Part shown: piece by piece, positions 9,983-21,065 of the stretch
Layout of the letters: the number at the start of each line of letters is the position of its first letter
Position numbering within the stretch: position 1 is the stretch's first letter
The notes under the pieces: model-generated
What the model was told of the DNA's origin: nothing
The model's input: the letters and a program-made list of their open reading frames with translations, nothing else
Database searches by the model: none
Assembly: GCA_965235115.1 (NCBI GenBank)
Contig: OZ249445.1
Span: forward strand, 10,447,001-10,480,000
DNA: 33,000 nt
Direction of reading: 5' to 3'
DNA from: Laetmonice hystrix
Taxonomy: Eukaryota
Translations under genes and position numbers: made by a program

Positions 9983-11455
9983 CTGTAATACATGTAGATG
10001 GCTCCGTGGTGTGACTAGAAGCACTGAATTTTCTCGGTAAAACGTAGAAGTCCATAAATGCAACTCTGGTCCACAATAAAAATTACCTCTTCCCTGACTC
10101 AGCACCTTTGCCATGCGCCAGACCGGCACTGGACTCTCAATGTAAAGTTACCTAAAAGCACCACTGTAAGGTGGAATCATCCTGAACCGGTTTGCCTTTA
10201 TACAGCAGGTGGAAGGTCCTAACCTGGTTATCGATGAGACTTTACGACTGGACCTAAACCCCATCCATGCATGGCAGCCTACATACTACTGTAATGTGAC
10301 TGCTACCTTGCTAATTTTATAACACAACCTTAAGACCTGCTAGAGACAGCTACTCTGGCATGAGACCCTCTACTAATATAATCGCAGCTACTGCCCGAGG
10401 CTTTGATGTGCCAGCGGTATCGAATGTAGAGCCTTGTACCGAGAAAAGAAACAGATCTGCTCGGGTCTCGACGTCGCCTCTGTCACTATAGAAACACAGA
10501 CAAGAATCAAAGCAAACTACATTAGCTGGGGAAGACACCGGGCCTGATGTAACCGACGTGGTGAACATCTTGTGTAAAGAACCAAATACGTGTATGAAGG
10601 GGGAAAACAAGCATACTTGAGTTCCTTTTGATCTCTTCACGAATCCCCAAACCATTCAATGCAACTTAATCTAATTGATAATTGTCAGGCCTCCTTCTTC
10701 CACTAATAGTAGCCGCAGAGATGGGGCTTACATCACAGAGTTTATAAATCAAGAACACATTGAAGTATATCCTCCCGGATGACAGTTCATTTCACTGTAT
10801 GAACAGTTCCGAGAATCGTTGCCACACAATTCGTAACCATGGTAATGTTGGAAGTCGGGTCGTGCATTGACTAAGCTAGGTCACAAAGCGAGGAAGACGA
10901 CGTCCAGGGTTTGCTTCGTTTGAAGTGTTCATAGCCGTTCAATGCTATTTCCAGGTTGTACGGGAAGTAAATCTTTTCACTATTTTCGCCATGTGTGTAT
11001 ACTAACCTTGTCTGACCCCATCCTGAGACGGCTTGACCTTTTGAACGCTCAGACAAAAATGGGGGCTCCTTCACTTTCCTCCGGTTTAACACCCCCCCCC
11101 CCCCCCTGCGTGTGCTCTCAAGGTAAAGGATTATTCAGTTATACTCCTAGTTGACCGGTTTTAGAATACAGTATTTCTTTATGGGAACACTATTTCCCAC
11201 TAACTGATTGCCAACTTGTTCAGGCTGACCGGCTTGCCAACAGCTTTCTCTAATATATAGGAAGGACAAATAGGGCAAGTAACATGTCTAAGGAGTTATG
11301 CAACCATATCCGTCAATCCCTAATTGTGTTGTTTGTTAGTTACATGACGTGAAAATTTGGTTCGATGCCATCCATGAACAGAAGAGTTGTCTGCGGAGTT
11401 GTCTTGCGGATGGAAACTGGACCAGGTTGCTGTCGGGATGTACTTATCCTTTGTC

Positions 11456-11517
11456 CCTGAGGGTCCGAGCTGGCTGAAAGGCGTGATCAGATCAGTGATG
11501 TAAGGAGGCGGTAAGCC
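11456..11517 (-). mobile_element. Degenerate non-LTR retrotransposon (L2/CR1-group) ORF2 C-terminal fragment
   Basis: Restoring one missing base gives GLPPPYITDLITPF(Q)PARTLR. This matches the conserved post-RT motif of L2/Crack/CR1-like LINEs (approx. GLAPxYLxDLLxPYxPxRxLRS). Confidence 0.55.
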
Positions 11518-11930
11518 GACTAATATAATCCTCTCGAGGCAGTCAGTTCCAGGGGTGTCATCTTCATCCACCTACGTTACCTATATTGACACCCCATCAT
11601 ACAGAGCTGGCGCTAGAATTTGTTCTTGAAAGGGGAAATAGGCTTGAGGTTAGCCTTAGGCATGCCACGTAAGATACTGCCAGGTATGAGAATGGCGACT
11701 GGGGAAAAAATCTGAAATTCCTGTGACCATGAAAGATGGCGAAACCCCCTTCGGATCAAGAGACACGCGTCTGTCTGCTGAGCAAATAAAGTCAGGTACC
11801 GTACCTAGAGTTTTCACTAAATACACTTTCCATTAAGTTTGTATGCCCGGATTGTTGAGTCGGACAGATTTAACCCTCCCACCTTAATATAATGCCTTTT
11901 GAGATCTCAACGGATTTGCATCGATCTTGT

Positions 11931-11965
11931 TGACCATAAATTTGGATGACCATAAATTTGGATGA
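11931..11965. repeat. Perfect 16-bp tandem duplication
   Basis: TGACCATAAATTTGGA x2 plus TGA. Confidence 0.9.
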
Positions 11966-12691
11966 AACAAAAATCGAATTAGGAGGAAAATCGAAGCGCC
12001 CATACCTGTACTGCACATATTACTACAAATTCTATTCCGTATTCGTTTTCTTGCAAAAAAGTTGTTTTGCATGCTAGTTGGCAATCTGTTTGCTTTCTCT
12101 GTCCATCGACAGGTCTGGAATTTAAAACTGGGTTATCGTAATGGGATATTGAAATGAAAAACAAATTGAAATTGGATTCAGTCTTCATTCTGCGAGCAGT
12201 AAAATTGCCCGTAGGGTAATGCAAGGGCCCGAATTTATTTTGATCATAAAAACCAAACACAAGATTGCCATTAGTGTTGCCCAAAAGATAAAAAAACAGA
12301 GTCGGGTCCAAACATTCAAAAGTCGTCACAAATTCCTTCGGTATTTCACTTAATATGTGATCAACACTGCAATAGTTTAAATGGAACAGAAATATAACAC
12401 GATACAATCATTTGAGTCCAGTACCGAGGTATTCATTTCGGGAGAGGAGTCTTTTAAAAAAGACGTACTGGTAACTAGTAGCAAACGGTTCTACCAAGGG
12501 GGTCTGTAGGTTGCAAGGCTGTATTACTGAAACCTTTCTTTATAAGGAGGCTTAAAAGGTTCTTTAATCCTATAAGTATCAAGACACATGCGGCTGCATA
12601 TTGACGTCACTCCCGCCTGTACACAGAATGCCAATGCCTATGTCCGAAGGAATCCCTCAACTGGTAGACTAATTGATCACACTCCGAGCAG

Positions 12692-12728
12692 ATCGGGCCG
12701 ACCATTTAATTAATCTGGCCGGCCCGAT
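12692..12728. other. GC-rich hairpin (13-bp arms, 12/13 paired) around TTAATTAA
   Basis: ATCGGGCCGACCA-tttaattaatc-TGGCCGGCCCGAT. Confidence 0.85.
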
Positions 12729-14220
12729 AGCAGCACATCTGATGCTCTTGGTTGGACAATAGCGGTTGCTTTGTTTAACCCGGGCAAGGAGAACGCAAGT
12801 ACTTCTCAGACTTTAGTCATAAAACCGGCAAATGCCTGAGTATAGTAGATATATATTCATACGTTTGATATCTAAACATTTCTGCTGTTATCTGCGTCTA
12901 GCAGTATGTGTCCTCATAATTAGCAGATGAAATATTTATCAGAGATCCTGAATTATTTACACATGGCTATGTTGTGAGAGTGAAAGGCTTATGTAGAACA
13001 CTTCACGCTAGCAGTGTTTAGTTCGGTAGTCTGTATCGGTATCGGTGTATCGGTTACTTGGACCTAAAGGGGTTTTTCAGTCATGCCCATCAAAGGGATT
13101 ATATCGTTTCTCTAAAAGTCCATAGTGAAAGCTGTGTGTTTTCATGTTGATGTACAAATACATGTACAACAAAGCAGTCGCACCTAGATTTAACAAATAC
13201 TAATGGTATATAAAAACTGGGTGGAGTTTGCTGATTTAATGGTGTCTCAATAACAACATGAGAATTATGTTTTTATAGAAAAAGGACATTGATAAAGCCG
13301 TTATGAACCAGTCGCCCCTCAACTATTCTCCCGTAAGCCACCAAGACCTTTGTTAGCGGCCAGTTGAGTTAGACAGACCTAATATACCAGGTTTTTTTCA
13401 CCTTCTCTTCTTTATTTCTGCCCATTAATCAAGCTGATTAGATTCTCCATTGAAGCAAGTAGAGGGCTTTGTTGGTGGCCCTGTTATTGGATCCTTCATC
13501 AGTGCTACAAGTGTTTATAAATGGCCCACTGCCGACACAAGGACAACCTCCATGTCGAGAATAACGTGTCAATTAGGTTAATAGCTGCATGTTGACGCAA
13601 CCAAATACTCTATCACAAAACTTCATTTAATCTGTTTTTTTCTCTTGAAACCTAAATTTAATGGAATACTTCTAATAATTAAACCTTTCACTTTTTTTTA
13701 AAGAGATCGTCTATTTTCAAGTCTAACCAAAGCATATATATAACTCCAAAAGTAAGGCTTTATGTTGGGATATATTTTCTCAGTATCCTCTTTCAAACGA
13801 TTATAATATCCTGACTATAATGTCCTACTATGTTCAGAGCTAAGATTTATTCGACGGCTGAGTGATGGGAGTGTCACTGAGATAGCTCCGAAACGGGCGC
13901 GCTATCTATCACTACTGATGTATAGGTTGCATACGGCCAGTCAACAGTTGGTTCTCCTCCCTATACCAACCCACCAGGTGAAGGATCTACCTGACTGTGA
14001 GCACCACCACTACCTGCTACACCTCCCAACGTCTCAATGCATATTTAGCTAAAATATAAGAATTTGTAAAACATTTCCAGGATGCTCTAAAAAATTTTAA
14101 TCTAAGGAAGTATTGAGCTAATATTTCTGACGGTGTGAGACTCCTATAGTACCGGTAAGCCATTGTTGCATGTCGATGAATAACTTTTTTACGCCTCCGA
14201 AACGAGCGTAGTATATCGCA

Positions 14221-14429
14221 GGTGAAGCAGGATCAAATCACTACCCTAACTTTTCACTCTAGAGTGATATCGTCCTTGGATCAGAACACTCTAGAATGCT
14301 CTAGTCCTCGGTTCAGAACACTCTAGAGTGATTTTGTCCTAGGTTCAGAGCACTCGAGTGAGGTTGTCCTACGTTCAGTGCACTCTAGAGTGATTTTATA
14401 CGGGGGTAGTGATTTGATACTCCTACACC
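14221..14429. mobile_element. MITE-like element: 26-bp imperfect TIRs enclosing a 32-bp palindromic tandem array
   Basis: Left GGTGAAGCAGGATCAAATCACTACCC (14221-14246) matches the reverse complement of 14404-14429 at 23/26, with a 15-bp perfect core. No TSD found. Confidence 0.65.
14255..14400. repeat. 32-bp minisatellite, ~4.6 copies, each starting with palindrome CACTCTAGAGTG
   Basis: Units start at 14255, 14287, 14319, 14351 (30 bp, CACTCGAGTG) and 14381 (partial). Confidence 0.95.
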
Positions 14430-15663
14430 GGCAGGATGGAGCCGATATTGAAACACCAAGACCGACTTCAGACACGGCCGACTGTACGAATGCAGCAGTG
14501 GAATAATTAGCTGCGTGATCAGGTCCTGCTTGCCCGATAAATTCCCAGATCTGGATCATCTAATGTCACTGTGTAGTTCTCAGAATATCTTTTCCATCCC
14601 TCTCTGGCCTCCCACCTGGCGGCCAGCTCCGGAACCATCCGGCCCTAGAGTCGAGGTCTGACGGAAACGGCCGTGTGCCAACAAGGGACAGCACTGTTGA
14701 GGTGGGGGTGGAAGTTCAAAAGGCCGAAGGTCATACTTGTATTTGATGTTCAAGCAATAACGCCACGGATGACCTTCGTATGTTACATAAATCCGCCATA
14801 CGATACCTTCTAAGAACCAGATAGGTCTATGATTAACGAACAACACTGTCCTCCTACGAGCATACTAATATAGCCATTATACATGTTGTGCAGATCAGGC
14901 AAGTCCCACATAGATATATACAGATGTATATGCATATCCACCTCCGGAGGCTAAATTCTCTCTTCAGTTGAGGATTTATTACCAACGTCTCCAGAAGAAA
15001 TCAATGATAATTGACACACACAAACGAGGCATACATAGGCCTTGTGTTCACTCCCATTTACCTGTAAACGCTCGTCGTAATATGTACAGATAACAACGTA
15101 GATACCCCGCTCCTCTCTATTTCTAGTTCTCCACTGTATGATTTACACGTTACTACGGTTGAGTTGTAACCGAGAGACAGCCTTCATCCTTTTCATCATC
15201 AATAAAAAGAGGGGGTTGCCATGGATAAGGTAGGATGTTGCATAGACCCCATAGATCTACTTCCCTGTTCTGACATGCCTTTACGGCTGCACCTGTATGT
15301 CAAACCTACCTTTCCAATGTTCTAGTGATCTTTTTTCCTAAGTGAATCTCACGGGGATATTATTGTCCCTGAATCAGAAAATTGAAACTTCTCTTAATTT
15401 TCTTTTTTGAATTTTTCTACCATAGATTAACTAATCACCAGAATGACTACTCACTACTTTCAGTGAAGCCACGGTACATTAATTTCCTAAGGATAACAAT
15501 AAACAGTTCGTACAGGCCTACGTATCTCACGTTCTCAAATGGCAGCAAACAATACTTGAAATTAATTTCTCATGAACATCTCTGTCCATCTAATGATTTG
15601 CACTGGGTATCATATTTCCCAGCGAGAGTCGCGGGTTTTCTGTCTCCGGGATTGACATCAGCA

Positions 15664-15677
15664 GTTTCCATGGTAAC
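15664..15677. promoter_or_regulatory. RFX X-box motif
   Basis: GTTTCCATGGTAAC matches GTTNCCATGGNAAC exactly. A weaker X-box-like GTTGCCATGGATAA lies at 15215-15228. Confidence 0.45.
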
Positions 15678-17951
15678 AAGAGATCAATGAGTACCTTTTG
15701 TTGCCCGAAGGACAATGTGAATATGGAAGGATGTTAGGGACTCGGAAGAACCGGATTTCTTAGTGACCGTCACGTAATATATAATGTAACTAAGAATGGG
15801 GCGACGGACAGCCAGGATACATTCCAATACGTCAATTGCCCGAATGTTCCAATGGGTCTGCCTGGGAATCACAGCAATGAGGCAATTTAGGCTGGAGGTT
15901 CTCAAGGCAGCAGCGGCATACCCATTCACACAGACAGCGCCACGCCTGGCTCCTGCTCGGGACTTAAATTAGGCGTTGAATCTTCGCTTAACTTGTAAAA
16001 TGTCCACCAAGGAGGAGCGTTTGAACCGCAATGTACGGGCTAGGCAATGCATATCATGGCGCTCTCAGAGCTCGATCAAATATAATATTCATAAGGCCAG
16101 CTCATGGGACAGTGCCTCGAAGGTATCTCACCACCATTACATCAAATGTAAGTGTCCATTTGCAGCGGAAAATGATGAATAGTAGATGCAAGTAACCGCA
16201 GGCACGTTAGCAGTCCACTTAGTCTGCCTTCCACGCATTCTCCTGTCGGTCACTCACCATTGAAGAACCTAAATGCCTTAGCTTCCTGTATGGTATGCGT
16301 GTGTCTCGGACTTGGTAACAATAGAAAAACTACACATTATAACTGGAGAACTAACGGGGTTAGCTTCCGCGGGGCCACAATGCATGTTAGACTCGAGGCA
16401 ACTTGGCCACCTTCATGTGCAAAGAAAATCGGCGACGAAATGATGTTATATGGGAATCCGAATGGAAAAACACATTTATTAGGATATATTGTGTATGTCT
16501 GACCTAAAGCACCCATCTCTCGTCAATATTTTAGCTAAAGTAAATACCAGAATGACTGGTACTTTTGATTAAAACTGTCCACCCATTATTACTTTACTTC
16601 GAACTACGATTAAATTATCACATCGATTTATATCCTCCAGGACACATACCCGGATCCGCCATTTTTGCTGACATTCTAAGGATAAATCCAGTGGGTGTCA
16701 TTTGTGATAACAGCATGAGATACGATCTGCATGGTGGCAAATTGCACCAGACGTCAGGTCGCCCTTGTTGAAAGGTCAATGCAATACAAAGAACCAATGG
16801 AATAGCGGAATCTGGTCAGAACGAACCCAGCTGCACTCTACTAGCCTGAGAATGTCACCTGCGACAAATACCCATTTGCCCGCCTGATGATTGCACGCCA
16901 TTTTGATTGCGACCACGTGTTGTCACTGGCAGCACGAGTAGTGTCTCTGCCGGCCACCAGGGGGACGACCACCTCATCCAATCCAAGTCTCGGCACTGAC
17001 AATTTTTGATGGATCAGCAAAACGACAACGTCCAAATCACCCAAATCAATGAGCGGATTGATAACGACATTATCATGTAGTAAATCAGTTTTTCTTCATC
17101 TTAAAAAAAGCCTAATACGCCTGTAGGAACAACACTGGTTTCCGGGATTTCTCCAACAACCTCACTGGTCGTGTTCTACATCATTTTCCGTTGCAGAATA
17201 CGTCGGTGCAATATAGACTAATATAATTCTTGATCCAGGGGGTTCCATTCCCCCAAAAGCCGGTATATGCTACCATGTAACCCTTCTGGAAACACTGAGG
17301 AGGGCCCTGCACAGATCACATAATCGCTCGTTCCAATACCTGCCTCTGGGCGGCAATTTGGTGAGGCAACCTTTCCTTTACCCGAGTTGCCTCAAGTCGA
17401 ATTATTGACAACTGCCCTGGGCAAACTCCGGGAGACCTTGACCTAGATTTACAAGCCTCCCCTCTGAAGATTCTGATGACATGGATTCCAGAAGGTCTAA
17501 CATAGCTCATAGTATAGATATCCCGGCCTCGTAATTAAATATATATGCCTACGACCAAGTCACACCCTGTTGAGAGTAGGAGACCATGAACAATGACGGG
17601 GTTCAATTCGTGCAAGCAACCTGTAACACTTGCCAGCAAATAATATAGAGGACAATGTCATCAGGCCTATACAGGTCAATAGCTGGGTGAAGTGTTTAGT
17701 GTATTTGCGCGTTAGTACTGCGCCATCAGTTTATGACAGGGCCTTGTGTGTGCCGAAAGGGCACACCTGTTTTCTAGTGGCATCCTTGCCACACCTGAGA
17801 GCTCTCTGATCAGCGTCCAATAGCTGCAGGTAGAATGAGACAGACAGTATGTTCAAAGAGAAGTTAAACCTGCCTGCTTCCCCTGCTGCCCTGCTACCAG
17901 TGACGCCCCTCTGTATACATAGTGGTGGAGAGGCTTGATACCCGATCCCCC

Positions 17952-17978
17952 GGGGAGGGTGGGGGAGGGGGGGGGGGG
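17952..17978 (+). other. Putative G-quadruplex-forming tract
   Basis: GGGG-A-GGG-T-GGGGG-A-G12: at least four G-runs with 1-nt loops. Confidence 0.7.
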
Positions 17979-20977
17979 TATGATACCACTGTGCCTCTGT
18001 CCCCAGACAATGAACAGTAAAGGACGTCCTGAGGCCTTCTGCTTCTGTCAAATTATTTCAGGAGCCGGTGTCACTATAAAATATTTTTACACAATCTTAT
18101 TTCGGTGTATGGAAGCATGTAGCCACCTGAGTACAATGATATTGGAACGGGTCCTTGGTATGGACTGGTGGCAACCCTCACGGAAGTTAAACCTCAAAAG
18201 ACCGACATTATTTTGTAAATTAAATGCAGAATTACATATCCAAACTGGCAATTGCAGCAGGGTAATCAACAAGGCTCGACCAGTCGTCCACTGTGAGTGC
18301 AGTCTTACATGACTTTCGGCAACTTTAGCATTCACACAAACACTTTTCCTTTTTACGTCCCGAAATGGACACAATATTTTCACAGACGATTTTTCGAAAA
18401 TTTTGTCAATGCCTGCTCTCCATGTCTTCGGTATCAAATAGCTTGACCATGGGGTTGATCAGCAAAGGGTTAGGACCTCTCCTTGATATCTTCTTTTCAG
18501 CCTAGGAATCAGTGTTTGTGTCTAGATTGTGCAGGGGCGGGGATTGTTACATGGTTACATCAGACACATCTCTCATGTACTACCCTGCCAGTGCCTGTTT
18601 CTATTTCAGTCTTATATTGAATACATCCGGAGGCTGCTTCCATCTGTGGTAGTTCGAGTTACAATACTATATTATCACTGACGTTATTGAAGGAACGAAG
18701 AAGCTCTGCCTCCCTTTTGTGAACAGTCTTTTAACCGTCAACCTTTGTTTCCTGGTAAAGGACATAACAACATTCAGCAGGAAGCGACACACTAAAACAG
18801 CTAATGGGGAATCATGGATGAAGATTTAGTAACTGTTAATTTGTGGCAATACATGTATGTACTATTATCAACCTCCAGTAAGTGTTGGGAGTAGCGATAT
18901 TTCATGTTCATTCCATTTGCAACAAACATCCCACTCTTTCCTGCTACTTAATCCATGTGACATATAAGAGGATGCAAACCCTTATCTATCCTAATATAGG
19001 ATCGAACCACCTTGAGGAGTGGTGCGCTCCTTATTAAACTATAGGGGTCGAAAACGTCCAATAAAGGCAATATTTGAATATCCTTTACCTTTGTTAATAT
19101 ACCCTAGTGATATACAGACCTCTAACGTTGCCATGAAGTGTATTTAAATTAATTGTTCCATTAGTGATATTAAATTTCGTTAAAACGTGGCAATAGTTGA
19201 TATTAAAAATGAATTCAATATTCCGATTGGATTGCAAACAACTGAAATTCAATAACTGTTACGTGACCACAGTTTAGAGGGAATACCATTAGCCTTCAAT
19301 GCCTCAAGGATACAAATAAAGGTACAGTTTAACTCCACTGAATATTGGAATTTCCCTAGACAAAACGACAAACTCATAACAAAGGTGCTCTACTCTGCAA
19401 TTTTAAATGTATGGGAGTACTTGGTAATGAACCAGAGAGATATTATACATTCCAGTTTGACTACATTTCTTAGCTTTGGTCTGGGGGCAAACAAACAAAA
19501 TTTGCTCATGAAGAACATAGCCGGTATCAAATGGTCCGCCCCCCATGAACATTGTTAAAGACCTGGTGACCTGCATGATACACAAATGCTAAGATACAAA
19601 TGTGCGCGTTAGTCGTGTATGTTCAGTCTAATTTTATATTCTGGTTCGGTACACTAACCATGAACGGTGATCAATTTTCTTAGCACTCTCATTATCTACT
19701 GTCAATCACGAAGTACACAATCTATATCAATCTCATTCATCTCGTCATATTCCCTTGCACCTGCTAACAACAGCAATGACACCAGCAGAGACAATACGAC
19801 GTTTACAGGTGTTCCATATTGGTTGTAGCGTCCATTGTTACACCCAATACGATGAGCAGGTGGTCGAGATCAGCATACCTTGTGTTGTGCAGGATCCGTG
19901 GCCCATCTCCTCGCCTGTGTCACATGCCCGACAGCACTGTCCGACAACCCTGCTCACCATCCACATGTACGCCTACTCTCCCCCCCCCCCCCACCTTATG
20001 CTAACATATCTAGATGTCCCTTCCATATTTTTCTATACCACGACTGGTAATCTCACAAATGAATCCAACATTTCAAGAGGGAGCCAGCTATACAGTGATT
20101 AGTTGTGCATGTAATGCAGCAGTGAAAACAACTAGTGACGACTGTTGAGTAATGGCCTGAAGGAGAATGCTTGTAATTTAGGATCCTGCAATCATTCATC
20201 GATACGGCAGATGGTTTCATGCACAAAATGTGACAAACTGTTGTTGGGAAAATTTCGCAAAATATTCTTTAAAATATTTTTGTTGATTAGACGACCTATA
20301 ACCACAAAACTAATTGAAGTTGTCAGCTGAGGTGCATGCTGCCATACATCTTTGGGTGTGCTAATATTAGAACCACAAAGACATTCCCATTTAAACTTAA
20401 AACAATCAACGTGTAGTTTGGGTTGTCATAGTGGGTGTTAGTTATTCTGAAATGAGAAAGTCAGGCATACCCTTGTATGTAAACCTGTAGCGAGTTCTAC
20501 CTCTGCAAAAGGCATGGACAAGGTGCTCCATAGCAATAAAGCAAAGACCCTCAGAATTGATTGCTGCAATCAAAGGCTTGTGTTTAGTGCGACTTTATCC
20601 TCAATCCGGATTGACAAGCTAACGTGAGGAATACCTGCAATAACGTTTACAAGTGATCTATTTAAGACTGGACGCTGGAATCGATCAGGAGATGGCCTTT
20701 TCGTCCCGCTGTTCGGTAAATTAAAAGGAACAGAAGGCCGGACCCGATACGTGCCATCATGTGGCTGTCGGTCACCAGAGCCCGGTCTTAGGACTTGAGC
20801 TCCCTCTGACCAGTCTGCCCGCTGGCCTCATCATGTGTCCTCATCACGAAATGACTGAAAGTCTACACACAAGGTAGAAAGTTCTCCTCGTCTACGACTG
20901 ATACAATTACTGATGACCGCCGCGTACAGGTCGACCAGCCAGCCAGCCGGCAGTGTGCACACAGTCTCATCCCTTAC

Positions 20978-21065
20978 CTATCGGCTCCATCTGTCATCAT
21001 GCCAGATCCTTGATCCGTCTCAACCAGACACCGCATTACATAGTCAGTAACGACAATCTCTTCAC
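20978..21065 (-). CDS. Candidate exon (88 nt, phase 1 to phase 2), product unknown
   Basis: Acceptor catctttgtatatcag| and donor TAG|GTAAGG. Only one frame is open: GEEIVVTDYVMRCLVETDQGSGMMTDGAD. Confidence 0.35.

Noticed and set aside
10871-11092. Trypsin-like AVSGWGQT (-)
   Set aside because: The conserved cysteines and GDSGGP are absent and there are no splice sites.
11979-12407. 142-aa minus-strand ORF in AT-rich DNA
   Set aside because: It is F/L/N-rich as expected from a T-rich strand, begins right after a stop with TTG, and contains an internal AG/GT pair (12114-12006) open in two frames. No homology was recognised.
15786-15869. hAT transposase-like motif IPRQTHWNIRAIDVLECILAVRRPILSY (-)
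   Set aside because: It resembles TRWNSxxDMLERxL but with one extra residue and no other hAT motifs nearby. This is too weak to call without a search.
16640-16675. Rhodanese-like GHIPGSAIFADI after an acceptor-like cctccag
   Set aside because: A single short motif with altered spacing, no downstream rhodanese residues and no good donor.
17745-17770. GTGTGCC-GAAAG-GGCACAC hairpin, considered as a hammerhead ribozyme part
   Set aside because: The CUGAUGA core and the second GAAA are not present in the required arrangement.
19879-19942. TNFR-like GQCCRACDTGEEMGHGSCTTQ (-) with donor AAG|GTATGC
   Set aside because: There is no polypyrimidine acceptor (upstream is a G-run) and the cysteine pattern is incomplete.
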